A stretch of DNA of 64,000 bases from Thermoanaerobaculia bacterium (lineage in GTDB: Bacteria > Acidobacteriota > Thermoanaerobaculia > UBA5066), in NCBI GenBank assembly GCA_963719225.1, contig CAVRAY010000001.1, positions 1,792,001-1,856,000 on the forward strand, in the 5' to 3' direction. How positions within the stretch are numbered: position 1 is the first letter of the stretch; each line of letters starts with the position of its first letter. The translations under genes were made by a program, and so were the position numbers. Shown piece by piece: positions 36,994-46,605 of this stretch. The notes below the pieces were generated by a model. It was not told the DNA's origin. It made no database searches and saw nothing but the letters and a program-made list of their open reading frames with translations.

Positions 36994-39006
36994 TCACGGT
37001 CCCGGCTTGATCCACCGTTGGAACCACTCCAGGTTCCGCCTCATCGCCTCCCGTTGGAGCATGGGCTCGTAATAGAGGTGCGAGCTCCGGGGATAGATGT
37101 CGAACTCGACGGTCTTGCCGAGCGCCTTGAGCGCCCGATAGAACTTCCAGGCGTTCGCGATGGGCACGCGGAGGTCGCGCTCGCCGTGCTGGATGAGGAG
37201 CGGCGTCGTCACGTTCTGGGCGAAGTTCAACGGGGAGTGCGCGAAGTACGACGCGCGGGCTTCCCAGGGCCGTTTGAAGTAGTCCGCCATGGACTCGCCG
37301 GCATCCGAAAGGAAGTACTGGTCCGCGAGATCGCTGATCGACGCGGCGGTCGAGGCGGCCTTGAAGCGCCCGGTCTGCGTGACGATCCAGTCCGTCATGA
37401 AGCCGCCGTACGACGCACCCATCACGCCGAGCCGCTCCGGATCGGCGATCCCCTTGGCGATGAGATCGTCGACGCCCGCCATGATGTCCTTGTAGTCGCC
37501 TTCGCCCCAGGCGTTCACGATCGCGCGTTGTCCGGCCTCTCCGTACCCGGCGCCGCCCCGGGGCATCGGAAAGAGCACCGCGTAGCCCGCGCTCGCCATG
37601 GCCTCGGTCGGGTAGGGATCGACCTGACCCACGGTCTGCATGAACTGCGGAAAGAGGCCGTACGTGACGCCTCCGCCCGGGCCGCCGTGGCAGTACACGA
37701 GTAGAGGCAGCTTTCGACCTGCGGTCCACCCGGGCGGCGTCAAAAGGAGTCCCCAGATCTCCATGCCGTCGAAGGACCTCCAGCGGACGGCCTTCAGCTC
37801 TCCGAGCTCGAGCTCGCGGAGCTCGGGATTGACCTCGGTCAGCTTCGTCGTGCGGCCGCTCTCCGTGTCGATCACGAAGACGTCGCCCATCGTGCGTCCC
37901 TCGACCGCCCGATAGGCGAGGTTCTGCCCGTCGCGGCTGAGGCTCGGGGAGAAATCGACGGCGCCTTTCACGCGCTCGGAGCGGCCGGTCTCGATCCACA
38001 CCCGGACGAGGGGCTGGTCGAACATGCGGTCGGCCTGTGCGAAGGGGCCGTCGTTGGTGAGGAGATAGACGGACCGGCTGTCGCGCGCCCACACGAGGTC
38101 GCCGACCCAGGCGTCCTTCGGGCCCAGCCAGACGGGAGCGGACGTGCCGCGCGCGCTCGCGACGGCGAGGCCGCGCGAAGACGTGAGCTCCGTGCGCCCG
38201 TTCGTCGAGACGAACGCGATGCGTGTTCCATCGGGGGAATACTGGGGCTGCGAGTTCATCCCGGGCCGGTCGACGACGGTCCGCGGCGCACCGCCCGCGA
38301 GAGGAACCGCGTAGAGCCGGCTCGCGTATTGCGCGGCGAATCCGGTCATGGGAGAGGCGGCATAGGCGATCTCCGTCCCGTCCGGTGCCCAGGAGAAGCC
38401 GTCCACGTAATGTCCCGCGGGCGTGAGCGCGCGCGCCGGAGCGTCGTCGAGCGGTTGCAGCCACAGCCTCGTCAACGCGTCGGGCGCGTCGACGTGGATG
38501 ACGAAGGAGCTCTCCTTGCGTCGCCGTTGCTCCTCGGCAGACGCGGGATCGCGCGTCACGTACGCCAGGCTCCTGCCGTCGGGAGCCCAGTCGTAGGCGT
38601 TGACACCCTCCGGCGCCTTCGTCAGGGCATGAGCGTCACCCCCCGACGCGGAGACCGCGAAGACCTGGGGCCTGTCCCCCGCGTAGCCGAGGAAGGAAAC
38701 GCGCTCTCCCTCCGGCGACCAGTGGAGCTTCGGGACCGGCACGCGCGGCGCGAAGATGCGGACTCCTTCCGCGATCCGGCGCGGGGATCCGCCCCGGGAC
38801 GGCACGACGTAGAGGGCCGCTTCGTGCGCGTTCTTCTCGAGCGAGGGAGTCGAGACGACGTAGGCCACACGGCTCCCGTCAGGCGAGATCCTCACGTCCA
38901 TGATCGACCGGAGCTTCATCAGGTCGTCGATCGTCACCTTCGCCGATTCCGCCGCCGCGGCGAGGGAGAGGAGCGCGACGAATCCGACCGCGGCCGCTCT
39001 CTTCAT
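36994..39006 (-). CDS. S9-family peptidase (beta-propeller plus alpha/beta hydrolase), exported
   Basis: Signal peptide, WSP/WAPDG repeats, HGGP, GASYGG, HGE.D.RV. Confidence 0.93.
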   Translation of the reverse strand: MKRAAAVGFVALLSLAAAAESAKVTIDDLMKLRSIMDVRISPDGSRVAYVVSTPSLEKNAHEAALYVVPSRGGSPRRIAEGVRIFAPRVPVPKLHWSPEGERVSFLGYAGDRPQVFAVSASGGDAHALTKAPEGVNAYDWAPDGRSLAYVTRDPASAEEQRRRKESSFVIHVDAPDALTRLWLQPLDDAPARALTPAGHYVDGFSWAPDGTEIAYAASPMTGFAAQYASRLYAVPLAGGAPRTVVDRPGMNSQPQYSPDGTRIAFVSTNGRTELTSSRGLAVASARGTSAPVWLGPKDAWVGDLVWARDSRSVYLLTNDGPFAQADRMFDQPLVRVWIETGRSERVKGAVDFSPSLSRDGQNLAYRAVEGRTMGDVFVIDTESGRTTKLTEVNPELRELELGELKAVRWRSFDGMEIWGLLLTPPGWTAGRKLPLLVYCHGGPGGGVTYGLFPQFMQTVGQVDPYPTEAMASAGYAVLFPMPRGGAGYGEAGQRAIVNAWGEGDYKDIMAGVDDLIAKGIADPERLGVMGASYGGFMTDWIVTQTGRFKAASTAASISDLADQYFLSDAGESMADYFKRPWEARASYFAHSPLNFAQNVTTPLLIQHGERDLRVPIANAWKFYRALKALGKTVEFDIYPRSSHLYYEPMLQREAMRRNLEWFQRWIKPGP

Positions 39007-39015
39007 TCGCGCAGG

Positions 39016-40350
39016 TCAGCCGACCAGGCTGGGCTTGAGCCACGTGTCGAGAGCCGTGCCCGGGCGGACGATGGTCTCCTCGCGCTTCGCTCCCGTGGAA
39101 AGGAGCGCGACGCGGGCACCGACGATCTCCTCGAGCGCCGAGACGTATTCGCGCGCACGCGCGGGCAGCGCGTCCCAGCTCTCGATGCCGGCGATGGACG
39201 TCTTCCAGCCCGGAAACGTGAGGTACTCCGGCTTCGCGCGCTCGTAGAGGTCGGCGCGCGCGGGGACGGCGGACACGGGTTTTCCGTCGATCGTGTAGCC
39301 GGTGGCGATACGGACCTCGTCGTGATCGTCGAGGACGTCGAGCTTCGTGAGAGCGATCGCGTCCAGTCCCGACACGCGCACGGCCGTCCGTGCGACGACC
39401 GCATCGAACCAGCCCACGCGCCGCGGCCGGCCGGTGACGGTGCCGAACTCGTTTCCGCGGGTCCGGATCCTCTCGCCGATCTCGTCGTTCAGCTCGGTCG
39501 GAAACGGGCCCGAGCCGACGCGCGTCGTGTACGCCTTCATGACGGCCACGACCGCGCCGAGCGCCGACGGCGGGAGCCCGAGACCCGCGCACGCGCCGCC
39601 CGGCGCGCAGGACGAGGACGTGACGAAGGGATAGGTTCCGTGGTCCACGTCGAGCATGATTCCCTGCGCGCCCTCGCAAAGGAGCTTCTTGCCCTTCGTG
39701 AGCTCGCCGTGGAGAAAGACCGACGTGTCGGTGACGAACGGCGCGAGCTTCCGGCCGCACTCGATGTACGTCTCGAGAGTCTCGTCGATCGGAGCGCCGT
39801 CGACGCCGTAGAAGTGCTTGAGCACGGCGTCGTGATGGGCGACGAGCGGCCGCGCGATCGCGGAGAACCGGTCCGGGTCCACGAGGTCGGCGATGCGAAG
39901 TCCGGTGCGGTTCGCCTTCGACTCGTACGCCGGACCGATCCCGCGCGAGGTCGTGCCGATGTTCGCGCCGCCGAGCGCCTTCTCGCGCGCCCCGTCGAGG
40001 AGCGCGTGCGTCGGCAGGATGACGTGAGCGCGGTCGGAAAGGCGAAGGTTGTCGCCGACCGTGACGCCGGCCGCGCGGAGCGAGTCGATCTCGGCGAGAA
40101 GGGCGCGCGGGTCCACGACGAGACCGTTGCCGATCACGTTCATGACGCCCGCGCGGCAGATGCCCGACGGGACGAGCCGCAGCGCGAAGTGCTTGTCCTT
40201 GAACTTGACCGTGTGGCCGGCATTGTGGCCGCCCTGGTAGCGGGCGACGAGGTCGAACGACGGGGAAATGAGATCGACGACCTTGCCTTTGCCTTCGTCG
40301 CCCCACTGTCCGCCAATGACGGCGAGAGCCGAGCCCTTTATGTGTATCAC
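39016..40350 (-). CDS. purA: Adenylosuccinate synthetase
   Basis: GQWGDEGKGK, GGHNAGHT, GTT.RGIGP.Y, EGAQG, EFGTVTGRPRR.GWFD. Confidence 0.98.
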   Translation of the reverse strand: MIHIKGSALAVIGGQWGDEGKGKVVDLISPSFDLVARYQGGHNAGHTVKFKDKHFALRLVPSGICRAGVMNVIGNGLVVDPRALLAEIDSLRAAGVTVGDNLRLSDRAHVILPTHALLDGAREKALGGANIGTTSRGIGPAYESKANRTGLRIADLVDPDRFSAIARPLVAHHDAVLKHFYGVDGAPIDETLETYIECGRKLAPFVTDTSVFLHGELTKGKKLLCEGAQGIMLDVDHGTYPFVTSSSCAPGGACAGLGLPPSALGAVVAVMKAYTTRVGSGPFPTELNDEIGERIRTRGNEFGTVTGRPRRVGWFDAVVARTAVRVSGLDAIALTKLDVLDDHDEVRIATGYTIDGKPVSAVPARADLYERAKPEYLTFPGWKTSIAGIESWDALPARAREYVSALEEIVGARVALLSTGAKREETIVRPGTALDTWLKPSLVG

Positions 40351-40487
40351 TTTTGGATTGTACCGGAGGAGAAGAGAAATTATCTGTTTCGGAGGGGAGA
40401 AGAGAAGATTTCTTAGAAGGGCGAGTGTTGGCGAAGCGATGGTGGCGCCGGGGCGGTGACTCGGGGCCGATGCGAGAATGAAGCATC

Positions 40488-42008
40488 GTGGCTCGCGTCA
40501 TCGAACTGGACGGGGACTCTCTCTCACTCGAAGATCTTTACGCCGTGTCCCGCGGCGAGATGTCCGCGGCGCTCGCGCCGCGCGCCGCGGCGCGCGTGGA
40601 TGCGGCGCGGGCCGTCGTCGATCGTGCGGTCGCGGAGAACCGCGTCGTCTACGGCGTCACGACGGGTTTCGGGAAGTTCGCCGACGTCGTCATTCCGAGG
40701 GAGAAGCTCGGGCCCCTTCAGCTGAACCTCGTGCGCAGCCACGCGGCCGGGACGGGCGCGCCGCTTTCCGCTCAGGCCGTCCGGGCGGTCATGCTGCTGC
40801 GCGCGAACTGCCTCGCGAAGGGTTTCTCCGGCGTCCGCAGGCAGACACTCGAGCTTCTCCTCGCGTGCCTCGCGAAGGGAATCCATCCCGTCATTCCCGA
40901 GCAAGGCTCGGTCGGCGCGTCGGGAGACCTCGCGCCTCTCGCGCATCTGGCGCTCGCGCTCGTCGGAGAGGGGGAAGCGGACCGGGACGGAAGACGCCTG
41001 CCGGCCGCGGAGGCGCTCCGGGCGGCGGGCCTCGAACCGGCCGTGCTCGAGGCGAAGGAAGGGCTCGCGCTCATCAACGGCACGCAGCTCACGACGGCGA
41101 TCGGCGCGCTCGCGCTCCATCGCACGCTGCGGCTTCTCAAGGCCGCCGATCTCGTCGCCGCGCTCACGCTGGACTGCCTGAAGGGCACCGACGCCGCGTT
41201 CGACCCGCGCATACACGCGGCCCGCCCGCATCCCGGACAGGTCGCGTCGGCGGAGAATCTCCGTACGCTCCTCGCGAACTCGCCGCTCCGCGAGAGCCAC
41301 CGCGACTGCGGCCTCGTGCAGGACGCCTATGCGCTCCGATGCATCCCGCAGGTCCACGGCGCGGCGCGCGACGCCGCGGCGCACGCGCGGCGCGTGATCG
41401 AAATCGAGATGAACGCCGCGACCGACAACCCGATGGTCTTCGCCGAGACGGGCACTCTCGTCTCGGGGGGGAACTTCCACGCGGCGCCCGTCGCGCTCGT
41501 GTGCGACCTGCTCACGACTTCCGCGGCCGACATGGCGTCGCTTTCGGAGCGCCGGACGGAGCGGCTCGTGAATCCCGCTCTTTCCGGGGACCTGCCGGCG
41601 TTTCTCACGCGCGACGGCGGCCTGAACTCCGGACTCATGATGATTCACGTCACCGCCGCCTCGCTCGTGTCCGAGGCGAAGTCGAGCTCCTTCCCGGCCT
41701 CCGTGGACTCGATCCCGACGTCGGCCGGAAAGGAAGACCACGTCTCGATGGGCCCGATCGCTGCCCGAAAGTTCGCGAAGAACGTCGACCTCTTCGAGAC
41801 CGTCCTCGCGATCGAGCTCCTCGCGGCGGCTCAGGCGCTGGACCTCAGGCGCCCGCTGAGGACCTCGGCGACGCTCGAGGAGCTGCATCGCCTCGTGCGC
41901 GCCCGCGTGCCCTTCTGGGACACCGATCGCCACGCGGCTCCCGCGATCGAAGGTGCGCGGGCCGTTCTGGCCGGCGACCTCGACGCCCTTCTCGCGCCGC
42001 TCCTCTGA
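40488..42008 (+). CDS. hutH: Histidine ammonia-lyase
   Basis: YGVTTGFG, GSVGASGDLAPLAH (ASG/MIO), KEGLALING, QDAY.LRC.PQVHG, SGGNFH. Confidence 0.95.
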   Translation: MARVIELDGDSLSLEDLYAVSRGEMSAALAPRAAARVDAARAVVDRAVAENRVVYGVTTGFGKFADVVIPREKLGPLQLNLVRSHAAGTGAPLSAQAVRAVMLLRANCLAKGFSGVRRQTLELLLACLAKGIHPVIPEQGSVGASGDLAPLAHLALALVGEGEADRDGRRLPAAEALRAAGLEPAVLEAKEGLALINGTQLTTAIGALALHRTLRLLKAADLVAALTLDCLKGTDAAFDPRIHAARPHPGQVASAENLRTLLANSPLRESHRDCGLVQDAYALRCIPQVHGAARDAAAHARRVIEIEMNAATDNPMVFAETGTLVSGGNFHAAPVALVCDLLTTSAADMASLSERRTERLVNPALSGDLPAFLTRDGGLNSGLMMIHVTAASLVSEAKSSSFPASVDSIPTSAGKEDHVSMGPIAARKFAKNVDLFETVLAIELLAAAQALDLRRPLRTSATLEELHRLVRARVPFWDTDRHAAPAIEGARAVLAGDLDALLAPLL

Positions 42009-42009
42009 C

Positions 42010-42798
42010 TCAAGCGCCCGAGCTGGTTGCCGCGAGGTAGCGGCGTGGAGTCGAGCCGAGCTCGCGCCTGAACATCGCGATGAAGGCGCTCGGGCTGTCG
42101 TAGCCCACCTCGAACGCAACGTTCGTCACTTTCTTCCCCTCGGCCATCAGCTCGACTGCCCGGGCCAGGCGCGCGCGCTGCCGCCATTTTTCGAACGTGA
42201 GGCCGGTTTCGGAGAGGAAGAGGCGCTGCAGGGTACGCGCGCTCGCGCCGGCCGAGCGGCCGACCCGTTCGAGCGGTTGACGCGTGCCGGTGCCCGTGGA
42301 GACGAAACGCGCCGCCCGCAGGGCGCGCGGGTCCCGAGGCAGCGGGAGCTGCAGCGGCACGACCTCGATGGCGCGGAGCTGATCCAGGAGGAGCGCGACC
42401 GCGCGCGCGTCGGAAACCAGAAAGGGGTCGAGCGCCGCAGCCTTCGACACGTACAGGATGAGCTCCCGAAGGAGCGCCGACACGTTCATCACGCGGCATT
42501 GACGGGGCAGGCGCCGGGAGAGGGGCGGCCGGAAGTAGAGGACCCGGAGGCTTCCGCCCGCCTTGATCTCCACGCGATGCCGAACGCCCGAGGGGATCCA
42601 CAGGGCGCGGTGCGGCGGGACCATCCACTCGACGAGGCGTGTCGTGACGCGCACGCCGCCGCGAGATGCGTATACGAGTCTGTCCCAGTCGCTCACGAGA
42701 TCGTTCAGCGCGCCGCCGGTCGGAAACGAGACGGACATGCAACGGATGGGAGGCTCGCCCTCTGCGACGCGAAACCCGGTCTGACGTGTTCTCGACAT
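42010..42798 (-). CDS. AraC-family regulator (cupin plus HTH)
   Basis: VPPHRALWIP, SARTLQRLF..ETG..F..WR, VGY.SPSAF...FRR..G.TP. Confidence 0.9.
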   Translation of the reverse strand: MSRTRQTGFRVAEGEPPIRCMSVSFPTGGALNDLVSDWDRLVYASRGGVRVTTRLVEWMVPPHRALWIPSGVRHRVEIKAGGSLRVLYFRPPLSRRLPRQCRVMNVSALLRELILYVSKAAALDPFLVSDARAVALLLDQLRAIEVVPLQLPLPRDPRALRAARFVSTGTGTRQPLERVGRSAGASARTLQRLFLSETGLTFEKWRQRARLARAVELMAEGKKVTNVAFEVGYDSPSAFIAMFRRELGSTPRRYLAATSSGA

Positions 42799-42865
42799 TA
42801 TCTGACACTTTAGCGCAAGCCTGACGGCGCTCCAGTGCGTATCTTTCGCGGGGCAGGAGGTCACG

Positions 42866-43426
42866 ATGGTCGCTCTGACGTCCCTCTGGAGCCCGATTCT
42901 CGTGTCGGCGGTCCTGGTCTTCGTGGCGAGCTCGATCAGCCATACGGTGCTGAATTTTCACGGCTCCGACTACCGCCGGCTTCCCGTCGAAGCCGAGATC
43001 ATGGAGCTCCTCGGAAAGCACGGAGTTTCACCGGGCGATTACCTCTTCCCGCGTCCCGCGAGTCGCGCCGAGATGAAGGAGCCATCCTTCCAGGAGAAAT
43101 GGAAGAAGGGCCCGGCGGGTCTCATGACGCTCCTGCCGGCCGGAGGGAATCCGATGGGCCGCACGTTCGCCCTGTGGTTCCTGTACTGCGCGGTGATCGC
43201 AGTCTTCGCGGGGTACGCCGCCGGCCAGGCCCTTCCGCCCGGCGCGAGCAGAGTCGCCGTGGTCCGCCTCGTCGCCGTCACCGCCTTTGCAGGTTACGCG
43301 CTCGCGCTCTGGCAGGATTCGATCTGGTACGGGCGATCCTTCGTGACCGTGCTGAAATTCACGGCCGACGCCGTCGCCTATGCTCTCCTGACCGGCGGGA
43401 CGTTCGGCTGGCTGTGGCCGAAGTGA
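42866..43426 (+). CDS. Hypothetical membrane protein
   Basis: Several hydrophobic helices; AGGAGG SD; divergent from AraC. Confidence 0.8.
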   Translation: MVALTSLWSPILVSAVLVFVASSISHTVLNFHGSDYRRLPVEAEIMELLGKHGVSPGDYLFPRPASRAEMKEPSFQEKWKKGPAGLMTLLPAGGNPMGRTFALWFLYCAVIAVFAGYAAGQALPPGASRVAVVRLVAVTAFAGYALALWQDSIWYGRSFVTVLKFTADAVAYALLTGGTFGWLWPK

Positions 43427-43433
43427 GGGAAAC

Positions 43434-43814
43434 ATGGCAGCGCCCCTGAGACACTTTGCGATCAATGCGGACGACGTCGCGCGGGCGCGCCGCTTCTACG
43501 AGGAGAGCCTCGGCTGGACGTTCCGGCCGTGGGGACCTCCCGGCTTCTACATGGTGGACATGGGCCTGCCCGGAGATCCGGTCCAGGGTTCGCTGCAGAA
43601 GCGCCGCGAGCTCGAGCCGGGCTTGAAGCTCCGCGGCTTCGAATGCACCTTCGCGGTCGACGACGTCGGGAAGGTCGCGGCCGCGGTTCTCGCGAACGGA
43701 GGCCGCGTCCTGATGGATCGCACCATCCTTCCGGGAATCGGCGAGCTCATCTTCTTTCAGGACACGGAAGGCAACGTCGCGGGCGCGATGCGGTACGACG
43801 CGAAAGCGGAGTAG
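43434..43814 (+). CDS. VOC/glyoxalase-family protein
   Basis: HFAINADD..RARRFY, FAVDDV, FQDTEGN. Confidence 0.9.
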   Translation: MAAPLRHFAINADDVARARRFYEESLGWTFRPWGPPGFYMVDMGLPGDPVQGSLQKRRELEPGLKLRGFECTFAVDDVGKVAAAVLANGGRVLMDRTILPGIGELIFFQDTEGNVAGAMRYDAKAE

Positions 43815-43823
43815 GCCCCGCCT

Positions 43824-45794
43824 TCAGCTCACGAGCGCCGACGCCAGCGCGCCGGGCAGCTCGTCCGTAGGCACGTCCAGCTCCGGAAGGGCGAGCGCGG
43901 GAAGCGCGGCGAGCGCCCGGGAAAGCCTCGTCGCAGCCGTCTGGCGCTCTGTCACGCGGTTCAGGATGAGGCCGGGCGCGGCGCCGCGGCGGGCGAGGCC
44001 GGCAGCGAGCTCCGCCGAGGTCGCGAGAGCCGAGAAGTCCATCGTCGTCGCGACGAGGAACCGGCCCCCCGACAGGAGCTTCGCCGCCTCGCGGCTCCTC
44101 TCCTTGAATCCGTCGTAGAGGCCGTCGAAAGCCCGGAAGAAGTCGGCGAGGTCCGCGAGAAAGCCGAGGCCCAGGACGCGGTCCGCGGCACGCAGCAGGG
44201 CCGCGCCGCCGCGCGACGCCTCGGAAAGAGCGCGACCGAAGAAGCCGTCGCGCCGCAGGAAGAACCGCAGGGCGTCGTTCTCGAGGAGCGTGACCATCCG
44301 CTCGGGCGCCGAGAGGAAATCGAGGCCGCGCGCCGCGGGAGGCGTGTCGAGGACGAGGAGGTCGACGTCTGGATCGGCCGCGTGCTCGTGCAGCGCCTCG
44401 ACTCCCATGTACTCGAGGACGCCCGGTAACGAATCCACGAGCCCGGAATAGAGCCGGTTCTCGTGAATCCGATCGAATGTCTCGCGGTTCGCCGTGCGCC
44501 GGAGAAGGCGCTCGAACGTGGCTTTCGGGTCGATCTGGAGCGCGAGAAGTCGTCCCCCCTTCGGGAGGCCGGGGACGTTCACCTCGGTGGGGCGGGTGGA
44601 GCGCGCGTCCCGGGCGGAAAGGCCCAGGGCCTGAGCCAGGCGGCGGGCGGGATCGACGGTGAGGACGAGGGCGCTCCGCCCGCGGCGCGCGGCCGCCAGG
44701 CCGAGAGCGGCCGCGAGCGTCGTCTTCCCGACGCCCCCCGGTCCGGTGAGGACGATCAGCTTCTCCCGGTCGAGCGCGGGAATCAGATCCAGAGTCTTCG
44801 ACCCGGGGAAAGGAGACGAGAGAAATTCTTTGCTTTCCCGAGCGGAGGCGCGGACGGTGCGCTTCGGGCGGCCTTCCCGCGTTGGCTCTGCCGCATTTTC
44901 TTCGAAGGTGCTGAGGAACGCGGAAAAAAACCGCGAAGCCTGCGCGGCGACCTGGCCGTTTCTCTCGTTCTCCTCTTCCTCTTCACCTTTCAAGGAATCT
45001 TTTCGGTGCTCTTCGGACGTTTCAACGTCGATCTCCGGAACCTCGATCAGAAGGATCGTCGTGTCCCTCTTGAGCAGAATCTCTTCTCTTCCTCCTCGTC
45101 CGACCCGATTGAGGACGACGAGAGCGGTCGTCAGATCCGCCTTCTCGCGAGCGCCGGCGATGAGCTCCTCGGTCTCCTTCGCCGCGAAGTCCTCGGGCTC
45201 GGACACCACGACGAGCGCGGCGTCCTTCGGATCGGAAAGAAGCGTGTCGAGCCATTCGGCCAGCTTCCGCACGGGCCCCGCGGGGACCGTGCCGAGCAGG
45301 GTGCGGGGGAGGGCGACGAGGGAGAGCGCATGTCCGGTCGCCGGGGCGTCCAGGACGACGAGGTCGACTTTCGGCGCGCCTCGCGACGCCTTTTTCCGTT
45401 TGAAGATTTCGCGGATCTTCCCCAGGAGAAGGAGGTCGGGGAGGCCCGGCGTCGCTCGCGTGAAGAACCGGAATGCGGGGACTGCGAGAAGCCGGTCGCC
45501 GAGGATCTTGACCGGCGACACGGACTCCACGAAGTCGGCGAGGAGGGCGTCGAAGTCCGCCGTGAGGCCGTGAAGGCGCGGGGCCAGCTCCATCTCGCGG
45601 TAGCCGGCGTGGCGCTTCCCGAAGAGGGTCGCGGCATCGCCGCGGCCGTCCGTGGAGACGAGAAGCACCGTCCGTCCGGCGTCCGCGGCCAGCTTCGCGA
45701 GCGTGGCCGCGACCGTCGTCTTCCCGACGCCTCCCTTGCCGGAGACCACGAGAAGGCGCCGGGAGAACAGAGTCTCGAAAATGGGCGATCGCAC
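43824..45794 (-). CDS. Tandem ArsA/Get3-family ATPase (two fused domains)
   Basis: SGKGGVGKTT...DAPATGH and TGPGGVGKTT...TVDPARRLA...DTPP; charged linker; GTG start at 45794. Confidence 0.85.
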   Translation of the reverse strand: MRSPIFETLFSRRLLVVSGKGGVGKTTVAATLAKLAADAGRTVLLVSTDGRGDAATLFGKRHAGYREMELAPRLHGLTADFDALLADFVESVSPVKILGDRLLAVPAFRFFTRATPGLPDLLLLGKIREIFKRKKASRGAPKVDLVVLDAPATGHALSLVALPRTLLGTVPAGPVRKLAEWLDTLLSDPKDAALVVVSEPEDFAAKETEELIAGAREKADLTTALVVLNRVGRGGREEILLKRDTTILLIEVPEIDVETSEEHRKDSLKGEEEEENERNGQVAAQASRFFSAFLSTFEENAAEPTREGRPKRTVRASARESKEFLSSPFPGSKTLDLIPALDREKLIVLTGPGGVGKTTLAAALGLAAARRGRSALVLTVDPARRLAQALGLSARDARSTRPTEVNVPGLPKGGRLLALQIDPKATFERLLRRTANRETFDRIHENRLYSGLVDSLPGVLEYMGVEALHEHAADPDVDLLVLDTPPAARGLDFLSAPERMVTLLENDALRFFLRRDGFFGRALSEASRGGAALLRAADRVLGLGFLADLADFFRAFDGLYDGFKERSREAAKLLSGGRFLVATTMDFSALATSAELAAGLARRGAAPGLILNRVTERQTAATRLSRALAALPALALPELDVPTDELPGALASALVS

Positions 45795-45805
45795 GCGCGC
45801 GAAGC

Positions 45806-46246
45806 CTATGCGAGAAGGTGCGTGAGACCTTCCGCTTTCAGGATCGCCACCCACTTCTTGTGGAAGGGCGCAACGATCGGAAGGAGGTCGAGCACTCTGG
45901 CGAGATCTCCGGTCTCGACGATGATGATCTTCCTCGCGATCGCGAGCGGAATGTTCTCCTTGCCCTGAAAGTACCGGTTCGCGACGCTCGAGGTCATCGT
46001 CATGCTGACGACGGGCTCCCAGGTGCGTCTCGCGTCGCCCCAGACCCACGTCAGGTTCCGGCCCTTCTTCGCGGTCTTTCCGTCAGCGTGGGTCACGTTC
46101 AGGACGAGCCCGGCGTCCGTGAAGACGAACCGCTGCGGCGTCTTCGTCGCGGCGAGCTTCGGGCCGATCTCGGGGTCCGACGCGAGCGCCAGAAAGAGGC
46201 GGTCGAAGACCTTCCGGAACTCTTCCTTCCCTCGAAATGGCGTCAT
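45806..46246 (-). CDS. SCP2 sterol/lipid-carrier-like protein
   Basis: MTMTSSVANRYFQGKEN.PLAIA..I...GD resembles an SCP2 C-terminus. Confidence 0.65.
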   Translation of the reverse strand: MTPFRGKEEFRKVFDRLFLALASDPEIGPKLAATKTPQRFVFTDAGLVLNVTHADGKTAKKGRNLTWVWGDARRTWEPVVSMTMTSSVANRYFQGKENIPLAIARKIIIVETGDLARVLDLLPIVAPFHKKWVAILKAEGLTHLLA

Positions 46247-46301
46247 AATCGAGGACTCTAGCAGGAGGCTGCGCGCACCGGGCCTCCGTGAAAGGGATCG
46301 C

Positions 46302-46598
46302 ATGTCCGACTCACTCTTCGACCAGCTCAAGGCCCGAGGCGAGGGATTCCTCACCGAGATCTCGAACAACCTGATGGCGAATCCCGCCTTCATCGAGGTC
46401 CTGAAGAAAGGCATCGCCGTCAAGGAAGAGGTCGACAAGCGCGTGGCCGAGACCCTGAAGGCCATGAGCGTGGCGACGCGCAAGGACGTCACGAAGCTCG
46501 AGAAGCGCCTCGAGGAGCTTCAGGCGGAGCTCGATGCCTTGAAGGCGAAAGCGGCGGCGAAGCCACGGGCGCGCAAGGCCTCCGGACGGAAGGGATAG
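46302..46598 (+). CDS. Small phasin-like coiled-coil protein
   Basis: ATRKDV.KL.KRLEEL motif plus Lys/Ala-rich tail. Confidence 0.65.
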   Translation: MSDSLFDQLKARGEGFLTEISNNLMANPAFIEVLKKGIAVKEEVDKRVAETLKAMSVATRKDVTKLEKRLEELQAELDALKAKAAAKPRARKASGRKG

Positions 46599-46605
46599 GC
46601 CCGCG

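Noticed and set aside
42780-42826. Repeated CTGAC words at the AraC/membrane gene divergence
   Set aside because: Plausible AraC sites, but short, irregularly spaced and ordinary for such loci.
43824-45794. Arsenite-resistance ArsA
   Set aside because: No arsB/arsC/arsR/arsD neighbours and no Cys metalloid-binding residues; the context is lipid metabolism.
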